Below the pieces are notes generated by a model, which saw nothing but the letters and a program-made list of their open reading frames with translations, did not search any database and had not been told where the DNA came from. DNA of 64,000 nt. Origin: Camelus dromedarius (Eukaryota). Within the stretch, counting starts at the first letter, position 1, and each line of letters starts with the position of its first letter. The stretch covers positions 23,252,001-23,316,000 of the forward strand of contig NC_087437.1 of assembly GCF_036321535.1 (NCBI RefSeq), written 5' to 3'. The position numbers and the translations under genes are program-made. Of the stretch, positions 14,490 to 25,647 are shown in pieces.

Positions 14490-14741
14490 ACGTAGATGAG
14501 GACTACAGATTTCAGTCCATGCTCCACGTCTGGTTATAGTCTCTTTTTCTGCCAGTATCATCTCTAGCCATTGATTCCTCTAACATCTGTGTTCTGAGGA
14601 CTCCCACATATGTGTCTCCAGCTCAGATCTTTAAATCGAGTTCCAAAACAGCATCTCCGAGTGTGTCCAGGACATCTTTGTTAGTTCTCTTAATAACTCC
14701 AACAGGAGGAGTTTTTGTGTGGTTAATGTTCATTGTTGTTG

Positions 14742-14790
<49 letters not shown>

Positions 14791-15537
14791 CGTTTTCTAA
14801 CTTTTCCTCAGGAAGAACTTTTATTTTTTTCTTTTTGCCTTCCTTATCTTGGCTAGTCTCACCTGTTACAAAGCCCAGACTCCTTGTAGTCCTACTTAAT
14901 TTTGCTACTTTCCAATTAGTCACTCAAACTGTTTGATTCTATCTTCTTATTGGCTCTCCTTTCTTTTTCTTTTGTCTCTATTCCCTTGGCCACTCCTTAA
15001 CTGCCTTTCTGTTCTTATCAAAATTTCCACTATCTCTTCCTTCATTTAGCTGACAGGTGGTTCTTTCTAAAGTACAAACCTGATATTAGTTTCTTGATTA
15101 CAGTTCTTTCTATGACTCCAATTGTCCTCAAAGAAAAGCCCACATTTCTTAAAATGGTATTCAAAATCCATCCTAATCTGACTTTGATTCGTTTAGTTTC
15201 ATCTTCAATTATGTGGATTCTAAGCGCTGGCCGTATTAAACTGTTTACATTTCCTCAGGTCTACGTGTTTTTCTCGCCCTTGCCTGCCTCTGCATACCTC
15301 TACCCTTGCGCCTCTCAGAACTCCTTGATAGGGTCCTTCCTCTCCTCTGATCACCACAGAGCAGAGTGTGTACCTTTATTGATTTACAAGTTACCTTTTA
15401 TTATAATAGTTACATTTTTTATCCTCATCAGAGGACAAACTACTTGGACTATGCCTTTTTTCCTTTATTTTTCCCATGTACACTCTTGACACATAGCGGA
15501 CACTCAATAAATTTTGAATTTATGAATGAATGAATTT
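14490..15537 (+). mobile_element. L2 LINE 3' fragment
   Basis: L2-like 'gactcccacatatgtgtctccagctcagatct' and typical 3' terminus 'cactcaataaattttgaatttatgaatgaatgaa'. Confidence 0.65.
14733..14786. repeat. Compound (TTG)4-(TG)22 microsatellite
   Basis: Read directly. Confidence 0.97.
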
Positions 15538-15689
15538 ACTGGAAAGTTTGGAACAGAACTGTGTCTCCAGACTTCCTTTTCATTTTGCTGTGTAATCTGA
15601 ACCAAATTTCATAAGAGGAATAACTTTTAGTAGAAACGCTTTTCATGTCCTAATAATTTAAAACCCTTTCAGAAACTTCTGGTCTCACA

Positions 15690-16240
15690 ATAGCATAATC
15701 TCAGTGCTGGAAGGGAGCCTAGAGGGTATGTAACTCCCCTTTCAAGCAGACTGTGAGTTTCTGCACAAGTTCTCCAACATGTGTTTTTCCCAGATTGTAT
15801 CTGAATAACTTCAGAAATTGTGAATATGAGGAAGCCATGCAGCCGATTGTTTCTATCTTTGTAGAATTATGACCATAGAAAAGGTCTCCTTTTATACCAA
15901 ATCTAAATTTTTCTCGCTGTAAGTTTCACATACTCACTTTAGTAAAACCCCCAGGCCAAAATGGGACATATTTAAATACCCCTGCCATAAAATAACTCTT
16001 CAAGAATTTGAAGACAGCTTCAGCTCCCCACCCTAATGTTCTCTAGCTCAGCTTAAAATGTATAAAATGCTTTCGGGGGACATTTATAGACCTCTTGCTG
16101 TGCTTTCACCACTACCGTTCTTTTTCCATTTACAAGGAGACGCTATTAAATGGCACTCGAGCTTCCAAGATTGTCTGATTCAAGAATAGTTGAGTTGGAC
16201 ATTCACTTTACTGGGTCTGAGGTTTCATCTAATGATGAAG
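15690..16240 (-). mobile_element. L3/CR1 LINE fragment
   Basis: Ordered motifs resembling antisense L3: 'gctggaagggagccttagag', 'agaaaaggtctccttttataccaaatctaaat', 'ctcttcaagaatttgaagacagct'. Confidence 0.6.
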
Positions 16241-16329
16241 CCTAATTTTGTATATATTTATCCTTATTGTTACTTTCTTCTTTCAAAATTAATTACCTTT
16301 TCGTTATTAAAAAACTTAAAACAACAGAG

Positions 16330-16690
16330 AGTTATAAACATAAGGCCTGTGTTTCATAATTCTGCCTTTTAGGCATTATCATCTTTAAGAGTTTGGTATA
16401 TATGGTTTTCAGAATATTTTTAGAATTCACATAATATACACATTTTATATATATACACACACACACACTCTCTTAACAAAATCTTAAAAAATTGGATCAC
16501 ACTATATGTAACTTGCTATTTTCACTTAATATTATGTTTAAACATTTGTTCTGTATTTTGGTGATCTTTGCTTGCCAGTATTCATAACTAGTTGATTCTA
16601 TTTGAAAGCTACAAAATATTTTAGTCTCCAGATACATGGTTATTTATTTAACTAATTTATTGATGTTGTTTCCAACTGTTGGAATCATTA
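16330..16690 (-). mobile_element. Old L1ME-type 3' end fragment
   Basis: 'aaattggatcacactatatgtaacttgctattttcacttaatattatg' is typical of antisense L1ME 3' UTR. Confidence 0.5.
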
Positions 16691-16699
16691 ACAATTCAA

Positions 16700-17170
16700 T
16701 AAAAAAGTTATTTTTTGTTATTGGCAGAGCATTATGCCAATCACTGGAGCCAAGAAGATAAATGCAATAATCTCTGCCTTCAGGGAGGTCACACTCTAGT
16801 GTAAGAGTAATGAATCCATAATCATAATGCAACGTAAGTGCTGTTTCAGGAATATGCACAGACGCATAGAGGAAGTAAACACTTGCTGTAATCAGGTGAA
16901 AGTTTCATAGAGAAGGCAATGCTTATGTTGCATAGTGAGACATATGGAAGAAGTCATCATAGAGGAAAGGTGTTTCTAGTTGCTGGGAGCAGCATATTTA
17001 AAGTCATGTTGTTATGCAAAATTATGGTATATTTGAGGAACTGCCAGTAGTTCAGTGTGTTATGTGTGGTGGAACCATACCACAAACTTTGGATCCTATC
17101 TCATGGGCAATAGGGAGCCAGATTAATTCAGTGGAGAGAGCTGGGGAGAGGTGTGACATGCATCGGTACC
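16700..17170 (-). mobile_element. L2 LINE fragment
   Basis: 'tctctgccttcagggaggtcacactctagtg' followed by purine-rich antisense L2 sequence. Confidence 0.55.
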
Positions 17171-18454
17171 AAATGGAAATATGTCTTCTTCAAGCACAAT
17201 TCTGTAAGCAGTGACATTTTGCCTGGGTTGCCCTCCTTGGGCATAGCTGATGATGTTTGTGCCCTTTTGTGCCCTGACTCTATCACCTGGGCCTTACCAT
17301 TGCAAAGCCCTCCAGCCCTCTTTCCGATTCCATGAAGGTTATCTCTTGAAGCCAGAGACCATTGTGTCCATGGTCATAGTAAAGGAGTGTCTGGCCAGGC
17401 ATTAAATACCTTCAATAGCTAAATGAATTATTTCACATCATGAATATCAGCTTTTACAAGATTTCAGATATCTCATGTCTTAAACGTTCAAAAAGCTTTT
17501 ACTTAATAATTTGGGTGCATTTGGGGCAAATATAATAAAGAAATGATATTGTTTTCATGTGGTCCAGTTTGAAAATCTTCAAACTTTGCCTTTGCTCTTA
17601 CACACGTGCTGTCTGGCATGGGCTGATAACGCATGATTCAAACTACATTTTAGTTTTTCTTAATGATATATTTTATGTCAGTATGGGAAGAAAAGGCAAA
17701 TAAGTATAATCTTGCCACCTGGTTGATGAATATGTTTTTATTTTTGACATTGGATCACTGAAAATAATACTAAAAGACCAAAAATATTAGGTAATTATGC
17801 AGGTTAAATTCAGAGTTTTACTGAAAATGGATACTGCTATCAAGGTGTATACTATGTGGGAGTTAAGCCCATAGATGAATTGTAGAGTGAGAACCATTAT
17901 GTTCATGTCAGGTATAAAATAGCATATGTGATTCCAAGATATTAAACTATGAGATGAGTCAACCGTAGTTTCCTTGGAAACAATGATGAATTAAAATAGC
18001 TCATTACACTGAATTAACCTGAGGTAACAGAGCTAATGAATTATCTCCCACCTACATTTCTCTTTTCCTTCTAGGTCCTTTCAGTGTGATGTTGCCTTGA
18101 GCTGTCAATCTTCCCTATAGATCCTTATAATTCACTGTTAAAGACATGATTTCAAATTGTAGAGTAATCATCTCTTAATTTTTGTTATCTACTTCATTAA
18201 TTTTGTAATTGATCACTCTGTCCAATCTGTTTTCTTTTTTCCTGATATTGCATATATGTGTAGGTTATCTTTTCTATTAAAAACAATACTATATCAGTCT
18301 CAACAAGACTACCTACAGGAATATTTCTAATGATTGGCTTTAAAATGTCTTTTACACTATACATGTTATTTTTGCTATACAAGGTTAGAAAACGTGTTCA
18401 AGGTAAGCAGGGTAGGATCCCAAGAATGATTCTCATTAGTGACATCACAGAAAA

Positions 18455-18630
18455 ATTCAGAACCAGCAATCAGAAGGCTTAGGTTTTGATCTTGCTTCTT
18501 TCTTGCTGATGATCTCTGGTAGATTCAGTTTCATCATCGGTAAAACTGGAATGATAAAGCCTATTCTGTCTGCATCAACTTGATTGTTGGGTTGAAGCCA
18601 TACATATGAAAGTACTTTGAAAGCTGTGAC
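18455..18630 (+). mobile_element. MIR SINE fragment
   Basis: Core 'ttcagtttcatcatcggtaaaactggaatgataa' and end 'tatgaaagtactttgaaagctgt'. Confidence 0.65.
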
Positions 18631-18734
18631 CTGACATGAAAAAAATTGTATGGAAAAGGTAACAGAGCACATAGTAGTCAGTTCACAAGTTTGCTATGTA
18701 AAGGTAAACATATAAATAAATAAATGATTTAAAG

Positions 18735-18900
18735 GATATTTATTGAGTGCTGCTTACTTTGTTCATGTTATAACTCAGTAAGCAGTAGATACTATTATAA
18801 CCCCCATTTTGCAGATGAAGAAACTGAGGCACAGAGATGTTAAATAACTTACCTAGGGTTACATAGCTATTAGTGGTTAGATCTGGCAACAAAATCAGGC
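18735..18900 (-). mobile_element. MIR SINE fragment
   Basis: 'cccattttgcagatgaagaaactgaggcacagagatgttaaataacttacctagggttaca' is the antisense MIR core. Confidence 0.85.
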
Positions 18901-19269
18901 TCCAAAGTTAAAAATAATAGGTTATATGTTCTGTGGAAGAGACTGGTGTCTATTGGTTAATGCTCTGTTAGGATGTTTGCCGTTTTCTACTTACTGTGTA
19001 TGTCTTCATGTATGACTGTGTCAAAATTCATTCTTTTCTTACCTCTTTTTCCTTCTCAAATCCTAAGTCAGTCAGGGTCCCAGTAGGAAAAAATAATTCC
19101 ATATAATTAAAACATAGAGATGTTTTAAATGGATAACTTAAAACAGGAAATAGATGAATTGAGATGCCAGCAGAGAACGGGGAGACAGCCCTGAACCTGG
19201 GAGCAGTAGAGGGCTTCAGCAGCCCCTGAGTTGGAGGGAAAGAGGGAAGTGGTCTGAGTAGATCCTGGG

Positions 19270-19680
19270 GGCTCTGCACCGGCAGTCGGAGCTGGAACCC
19301 CGGAAGCCTACCTGGTGGAGGCTGGATCCACTGAGGAGGCTCAGCTGCTGTGGGAGATCCGCCCAGCCAGGGAGAAGGGTATAAACATCCTGGTTCCCCG
19401 CACCCTCCCCCTTATCTTCTACTTTCTTTCCAAAGTCTTCCCTTGGCTTGATCTGCTGCAAGCCAGCTGTTCCAGGAGTGGGGGTGGGGGTGGGGAGGGA
19501 GGCAGCCACAGGTGTCAGCCCCGCCCTTGGTTAGAACTCAGAGCAGGCCAAGTAAAAAGGCGGCAGGCGCGCCGCCGGCTCAGGACAGACACACCCCCTT
19601 CCGTTTTCTGAGTTTTCACTTTCCGAGGCGGTCCATTTCCGCTGTGTTAGCTTCATCAGAAAATGAATTACGACGATAGT
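19270..19680. promoter_or_regulatory. Small CpG-rich promoter/enhancer-like island
   Basis: About 17 CpG in ~400 bp against a depleted background. GC box ccccgccc (~19519), GGCGCGCC (19566-19573), several ETS cores (ccggaag/ttccg), IRF-type agttttcactttcc (19611-19624) and G-tracts (19480-19499). Confidence 0.55.
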
Positions 19681-20119
19681 TTTACAGTGTCTTAATGGCA
19701 CTGCATTGTTCCTTCTTCCACTGACAAGTTAAGTTAGACTCGGCTGCTAGGAACTAGGACTCCTCCCTTTCTCTAGAATCATTTAGTCCCGGGGATGAGT
19801 GTAATCCCCAGCACAAAGGAAATTATTCGATAAAATTTTAACTTGATACCATAGAGGCCCCTGAAAGGATGAGTAGTCCACATGTAGTAAATACAGTGAA
19901 CAGCCCCACTCTTTGGAGGTACAAAGGAGGATTAGATTTAGTTTTCCAGTAACTGCCACTAACTGTGCCCAGTTGATAAAATCTTTTTTTCTCTGAGTAT
20001 CTGGCTTTGAGTGTTATGGTCCCTACCTGATTCCAGAATTCTTCAGTAGCTTTCTATTGTTAAATAGTCTCAGCGCAGGTTATAAAAATTAGAGTCTACA
20101 TTTTTTCCCAACTCTCTGC

Positions 20120-20490
20120 TCGGAAATATTCAAAACTCATCAAAAGTATAAAGTATAAAGAATACAGTGATTACCATGTAGTTTTCATTTATCTTTATTA
20201 ATTATATATGCATACTAATTGTATAAAAATATACATAATTCTCTGTCTCTTTCTCTCTCTATATATAAATATATACTATTTAAAAGTAAGTTGTAGGCAT
20301 TAAGGCATTGTTTTCCTGAAACACATAAAATGCATCTCTAAAAATAAGAATACTACATACCATTATCACCCTAAGAAAATGAGTAATAATTACATTTTTG
20401 GAATTGTTGTGGAAATGAGGAAATTTTTCACACATGGAAAATTAAAAATAATTCTATAATATTTTCTTGACATCTAGCTTATATTTAAAT
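20120..20490 (-). mobile_element. Old L1MC-type 3' end fragment
   Basis: 'tttaaaagtaagttgtaggcat...tgcatctctaaaaataaga...taccattatcaccctaagaaaatgagtaataatt' resembles L1MC4/5 3' ends. Confidence 0.55.
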
Positions 20491-20982
20491 TCTCTCAATT
20501 GGCCAATTTTTTTTTTTTTGGACGTGTATAGTCAGATACTGTGTACCAAAATTACTTGAATTTTTTGTTGTGATTTGGTTATCACTTTGATAAAAGTTAG
20601 ATTTACTTATTTCTACTTATAATCGATTTTAGAATCTTTTTTATTGTTTTGATTTAATTCTATTTATTGAATATGTAAAACACTCACATGGTTCAAATAT
20701 CAAAAAAAATATCCAGAGATATACCTGGAGAAACCACAATCCCATCCCTGTTCCTTCCATCTCATTTTTACTAATGCTCCACATGTAATCATTTCTATAG
20801 TTTATGGTATATCTTTCATATATATATATGTGTGTGTGTGTGCACGCGTATGTGTTCGTGTATAATTTTCACCTTTATTTTCACCAAAGGTAGAACTGCT
20901 ATATATTCTTTTGCATCTTTCTTTATTTTGACTTGAAAATATAACCATATTTGTTCATAGAGATAGTCCTCATTCTATTTTT

Positions 20983-22265
20983 TCCAAACAACAAAAATGT
21001 ATTTTATCACAGTTCTGGGGGCCAGAAGCCTGAAATCAGGGAAGCAGCAGGGCCTTGCTCCCTCTGGAGGATCTAGAGGAGGATCCTTCTTTCCCTCTTA
21101 GCTTCCGGTGGCTGCCAGCAATCTTCGGCACTCCGTGTCTGGTGGTCACATTGCTCCAGTCTCTTCCACTGTCCTCGCGTGACTTTCTTCCTGGTGTATC
21201 TCTTCATCTCTGCCTTCTTAGAAGGGAACCAGTCATGTTGGTTTTGGGGCCCACCCTAATCCATAATGGTCTCAAGCTAACTAATTACATCTGCAAGGAA
21301 CTTATTCCCAAATCAGGCCTCGTTCTGAAGCTCCAGGTGGACATGACTTTTTGGGTGACGTTGTTCAACCCACAGTAGTCTACTCTGAACCACCAAAATT
21401 CATGTCATTGCAATGTGCAAAATACATTCACCTCATCCTATGTCCCCAAAAGACTTAACCCATTCTAGCATCAACTCTAAAAATCTTATCTACATGGAAT
21501 CAACTTGAGAAAGTTTCAGATTCTGTTTTTTAATTCATCTAAATCAGGTATGGGTAAGACCTTGGATATGGTCCATTGCAATGAACTGAGTGTTTGTGCT
21601 CATCCAAAATTCATATGCTGAAATCCTAATTCCCAATTAGGAGGTGAAGCCTTTGGGAGGTGATTAGGTCACAAGGGTGGAGAATTCATGGATGAAATTA
21701 ATGCCCTGATAACAGGGACCTCAGAGAGCTCCCTTATCTTTTCTGTCATGTGAGGTTAAAATGAGAAGTTAGTGGTCTACAACCCAGAAGGGGGCCTTCA
21801 TCATACGCTAAGTATGTTGGCTTCTTGACCCTGGACTTCTTGGCCTCCAGAACTCTGAGAAATAAACAGTTGCTATTTAAGCCACACAGTGTATGTTATT
21901 CTATTATAGCAACCTAAACTGACTAGGACTTTCGTTCTAGGGCAAAATTTCTCTCCATCTATAGACTTGCAAAAGTAGAAAACAAGTTATCTGCCTCCAA
22001 AGTGCAATATTGGGACAGGCTTAGGATAGACAGTTCTATTCTGAAAAGGAACAAAATGTGAAGAATAAAGGGGATACTGGTCTAAAGCAAGTTCACAGCC
22101 CAGCAAGGCAAATTCCACTGGGTTTCAGGGCCTGAGAATAAGCCTTGATGCTTTGTCCGCTGGGTCCACGGGTTCAGACCCCATTCTTAGCTCCACTCTC
22201 TCTGCCTCTGCATCCCTGACTTTATCCTTGGAGTCATTCTTCCCTCATTTGGTCCTGTCTCTGTC
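20983..22265 (-). mobile_element. MLT1B 3' LTR (lacking U5) plus adjoining MLT1 internal sequence
   Basis: Minus strand from 21377 reads 'tactgtgggttgaacaacgtcacccaaaaagtcatgtccacctggagcttcagaac...ttgcagatgtaattagtta' (MLT1B start). MaLR-internal-like sequence at 21378-21576 and 21931-22265. Confidence 0.8.
21577..21930 (+). mobile_element. MLT1A/MLT1A0 solo LTR nested in MLT1 internal sequence
   Basis: 'tgcaatgaactgagtgtttgtg...ccaaaattcatatgctgaaatccta...gcctttgggaggtgattaggtca...gcctccagaactctgagaaataaa...gactaggact'; ~354 bp; decayed 5-bp TSD tccat/ttcgt. Confidence 0.85.
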
Positions 22266-23467
22266 TCCTCATTCCTTTTTGTGGCTGAGCAGTAGTTCAT
22301 TGTGCAGATGAACTATAATTAACTATAAACAGTTGTGTTGCTTCTAATATCTTGTTACTACAAATAATACTAGAGTGAATAACCTGGTATATAAGTGGTT
22401 TAATATTTATTTTGGGGTCATTTCCTAGAAGTGTAGCTGAATTGATGGGTGAATGCATAGAGAGATGTTTGAAATAGTGTCCAATGTTTTTCTACAGAAA
22501 GGGATAGCATTCTGCAGTCCCACCAGCAGTGTCGGTCTTGCCCCTTTTCCTACAACCCTGCTAATGAGTTTATTGTTTAGCTTTTATATTTTTGTCAGTC
22601 TGATGCATGAGAAATCAGATTTTATTATAAATTTTGTGATTATCATTTCATATATTTAAGGGTCTATTTTGCCAACTTTTTTTTTCTTAAGAGTTCTTTA
22701 TATATTGGAGACTAGCCTTTTCAATAAAAATAGTATTCAGTTTAACATTTCCAGCTTAACTTCAATCCCAGTGCCTTCAGCCATTCCAAGGGGGTTAGAT
22801 CAGAGGCTCCAGTGACTTGGGATGAGATGGCGGGCATGTTCTGCTCCCTCACAACCCCAACCTTCTTCCCTTTTCCTCTGGAGGCAGTGTGGGAAGCAGC
22901 GAGGGGAAAACAGATACTGCTCCCTCTGTAATTACTCCTGGTGAGCTGGCTGCCCTCCTCCACTTTGCTTGTTACCTATTCTCAATCTAACAGTGCCTGA
23001 CAGCTCTTTGGTTCTGTGCAACCAACATCCAAATGCCAGCTCTTACTGGGGCACCTTGCAGTTCCTTCCAAGGACCCATGAAGACCCTCCTTGGATGACC
23101 TCTGGAGGAGGATACAGGGGTCTGACTCATGCCTTTTCCAGCTCCCTTCCTTCTTCATGAGTTGACTGTCTCTATAGGGACTTGCTGATGAGGTCTTTTG
23201 GCCCAGTGGTCAGTCCTCTTGGACGAGTTACCGGCAAGATGATTTAAATTCAACCATTTTCACTTGATTAATGGACATTTAATTGCTCTTACCAAGCAAT
23301 GTGGTTGGGATGCAGGCTGACCTCTCCCCTTCCCCAGCTCCTGAGCACGTCTCTCAGCTATAGCATCTCCCTCTGCCTGTCCCCGAACACTGGCAATTTC
23401 TGGGACTCTGCTAGTTTATATGCTATGGAACTTTTAAACCAGAGACAGTTGCTCTTTTCTGAGCTTT

Positions 23468-23530
23468 AATATATATATATATTTATATATATATATTTAT
23501 ATATATATATATAAATATATATATATATTT
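23468..23530. repeat. (TA)n-rich quasi-palindromic microsatellite at the L1 tail
   Basis: TA array interrupted by ttt/aaa, directly abutting the L1 poly(T). Confidence 0.9.
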
Positions 23531-24198
23531 TTTAATTGAAGTATAGTCAGTTATAATGTGTCAATGTGTACAGCACAATGTCCCAGTCATGCATATACGT
23601 ATATATATTCGTTTTCACTCTTTTTCACTAAAGGTTATTACAAGACATTGAATATAGTTCCCTGTGCTATACAGAAGAAAGTTGGTTTTTTTAATCTATT
23701 TTTATATATAGTGGTTAACATTTGTAAATCTGAAACTCCAAAATTTATCCCTTCCCACCCTCTTTGCCTGGTAACCATAAGATTGTTTACTATGTCTGCG
23801 AGTCTGTTTCTTTTGTAGATGAGTTCATAGTGTCTTTTTTTTTTTTTTTTTTTTTTAGATTTCACATAAGAGTGATATCATATGGAATTTTTCTTTCTTT
23901 TTCAGGCTTACTTCTCTTAGAATGACGATATCCAGGTCCATCCATATAGCTGCAAATGGCATTATTTTATTATTTTTTATGGCAGAGTAGTATTCCATTG
24001 TATAAACATACCACAACTTCTTTATCAGGTCATCTGTTGATGGACATTTAGATTGTTTCCATGTCTTGGCTATTGTAAATAGTGCTGCTATGAACACTGA
24101 GGTGCATGTATCTTTTTGAATTAGAGTTCCCTCCAGATATATGCCCAGGAGTGGGACTGCTAGATCATATGGTAAGTCCATTTTTAGTTTTTTGAGGT
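23528..24198 (-). mobile_element. LINE-1 3' fragment (camelid-type), 5'-truncated, with ORF2 C-terminus
   Basis: ORF 23855-24181(-) 'DLPYDLAVPLLGIY...[22 protein letters not shown]...[13 protein letters not shown]' is the L1 ORF2p C-terminus; 3' UTR follows. Tentative TSD ttttctgagcttt/ttttttgaggttt. Confidence 0.95.
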
Positions 24199-25284
24199 TT
24201 TATAAGTTTTTGATGGGAGGACAACTGGTCTAGCCTCTAATTTGGTAGGAAGGGGTGGGAGATCCCAAGTCTGAAGTCACCTTTCCTCCCCATGTCTGTC
24301 ATTGAGAAGACTTTCAAAGAAAGAGGTACTACAAAGTTTAACAAGCTTTTGCTCTCTAAGGGACCAGAAGAACAGGGTGTGGTGGCTCTAACAGTGTCCC
24401 TCTGTAAGCCTTGACCAGAAGGGACTGACCACAATAGAGGGAGGGTCTTTAAACTTAAGACTGTGTGGTCCAGAGTACATTTATTTATTTTTTCTCAGCA
24501 AAAGACTTTAATCATCATTTCTAGGGATCAAGAAATAAATGTGACTTGACTCCTCACATGATTGTATCACACAGGGATTTACAAAGCAGAAAAGAGACCC
24601 CCTAAAGTGATGGTTATAAAATTTTACCACTCTTTAAAAGTAGGTGATCTGGGGAACTCCACAATGCACTAAGTTTTTGTTCAGTTTTAGTTTTTCTGCT
24701 AAATTTGTTGGATATGAAGATTGATAGAAATCAATTAACAGGACAATTTTTGAGTTTTCCTGATTTTTCATTAGAAATCTAGAAATTACAATAAAATGGT
24801 AGTTAGATTGGAATATATAAGTAATACACTATCTCCCTCCTTTTTTAATCTTTTTTTCACAGTGTCATACTGTTGAAATAACACCAAATACCAGCACATC
24901 TTTCTAACTAAATTTTTTTGATTAACCCACAATTTGGTGTTAGTATATTCTATCCAATCTTAAATATACAGACATTGCTTTTATAATATATTTGAAGGTT
25001 CTCCTGTCAGAAGGCAAATAGAATGGGATTTTATTTAGACTTTTATTCAATTAGTTTTAAGCATTGTTAATGCAGGAAAGAAAAATAGAAGAAAATAGCT
25101 GCTAAACGATTGTTACAAATGGCTCCATACTGACAGAGAAGTTAAAAACCACTAATAAGATTTTACTTGTGATTCTGTGTCTATGAACGAAACATTGATT
25201 GTACAACAGCCAGGAGACAGAAGAGGCCACACATGCCTTAAAATGTTTTTTCTTATTCACACATAATACCTCATTCATATTTGG

Positions 25285-25647
25285 GTTGGAGCAAGCCGGT
25301 TCCTCCTCAGCCAATTAAAGAGGGTTGGTGCGCCAGCCCGCCCAGGAGCCGAGGGGACTCTCTGCACCACTGAGGCTAAGGCTTATTGTGCAAACGCTGT
25401 GGCTGCATTTGAATGGATCACCAGGAAATATTGGTTGCTTGGTTCTCTTTGCAATCATCCTCTGTCTTTGATGCCAGGCCACACAAGTGCTTCCTTAGAG
25501 AGTTTTGCCTTTTTCTCCTTAAACTCCCACCCAAAGCACTTTGAAAGACCACCCAGTACTGACTTTGATACTGAAGCATGACAGCAAAATAAGTTAAGTG
25601 TGTGATCCACACATAGGTAGGGGCTGATGGACTCTGTAGAGGTAAGT
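25285..25647 (+). promoter_or_regulatory. Candidate promoter / first exon
   Basis: CCAAT at 25311, GC box cccgccc at ~25337, local CpG cluster and consensus donor GAG|GTAAGT with GT at 25642-25643. Confidence 0.35.

Larger units (their letters stand above)
20660..22720 (-). mobile_element. L1ME-type 3' fragment, split by the MaLR insertion at 20983-22265
   Basis: Left part 'tttattgaatatgtaaaacactcacatggttcaaa'; right part resumes collinearly 'tcctcattcctttttgtggctgagcagtagttcattgtg...tttcctagaagtg'. Confidence 0.6.
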
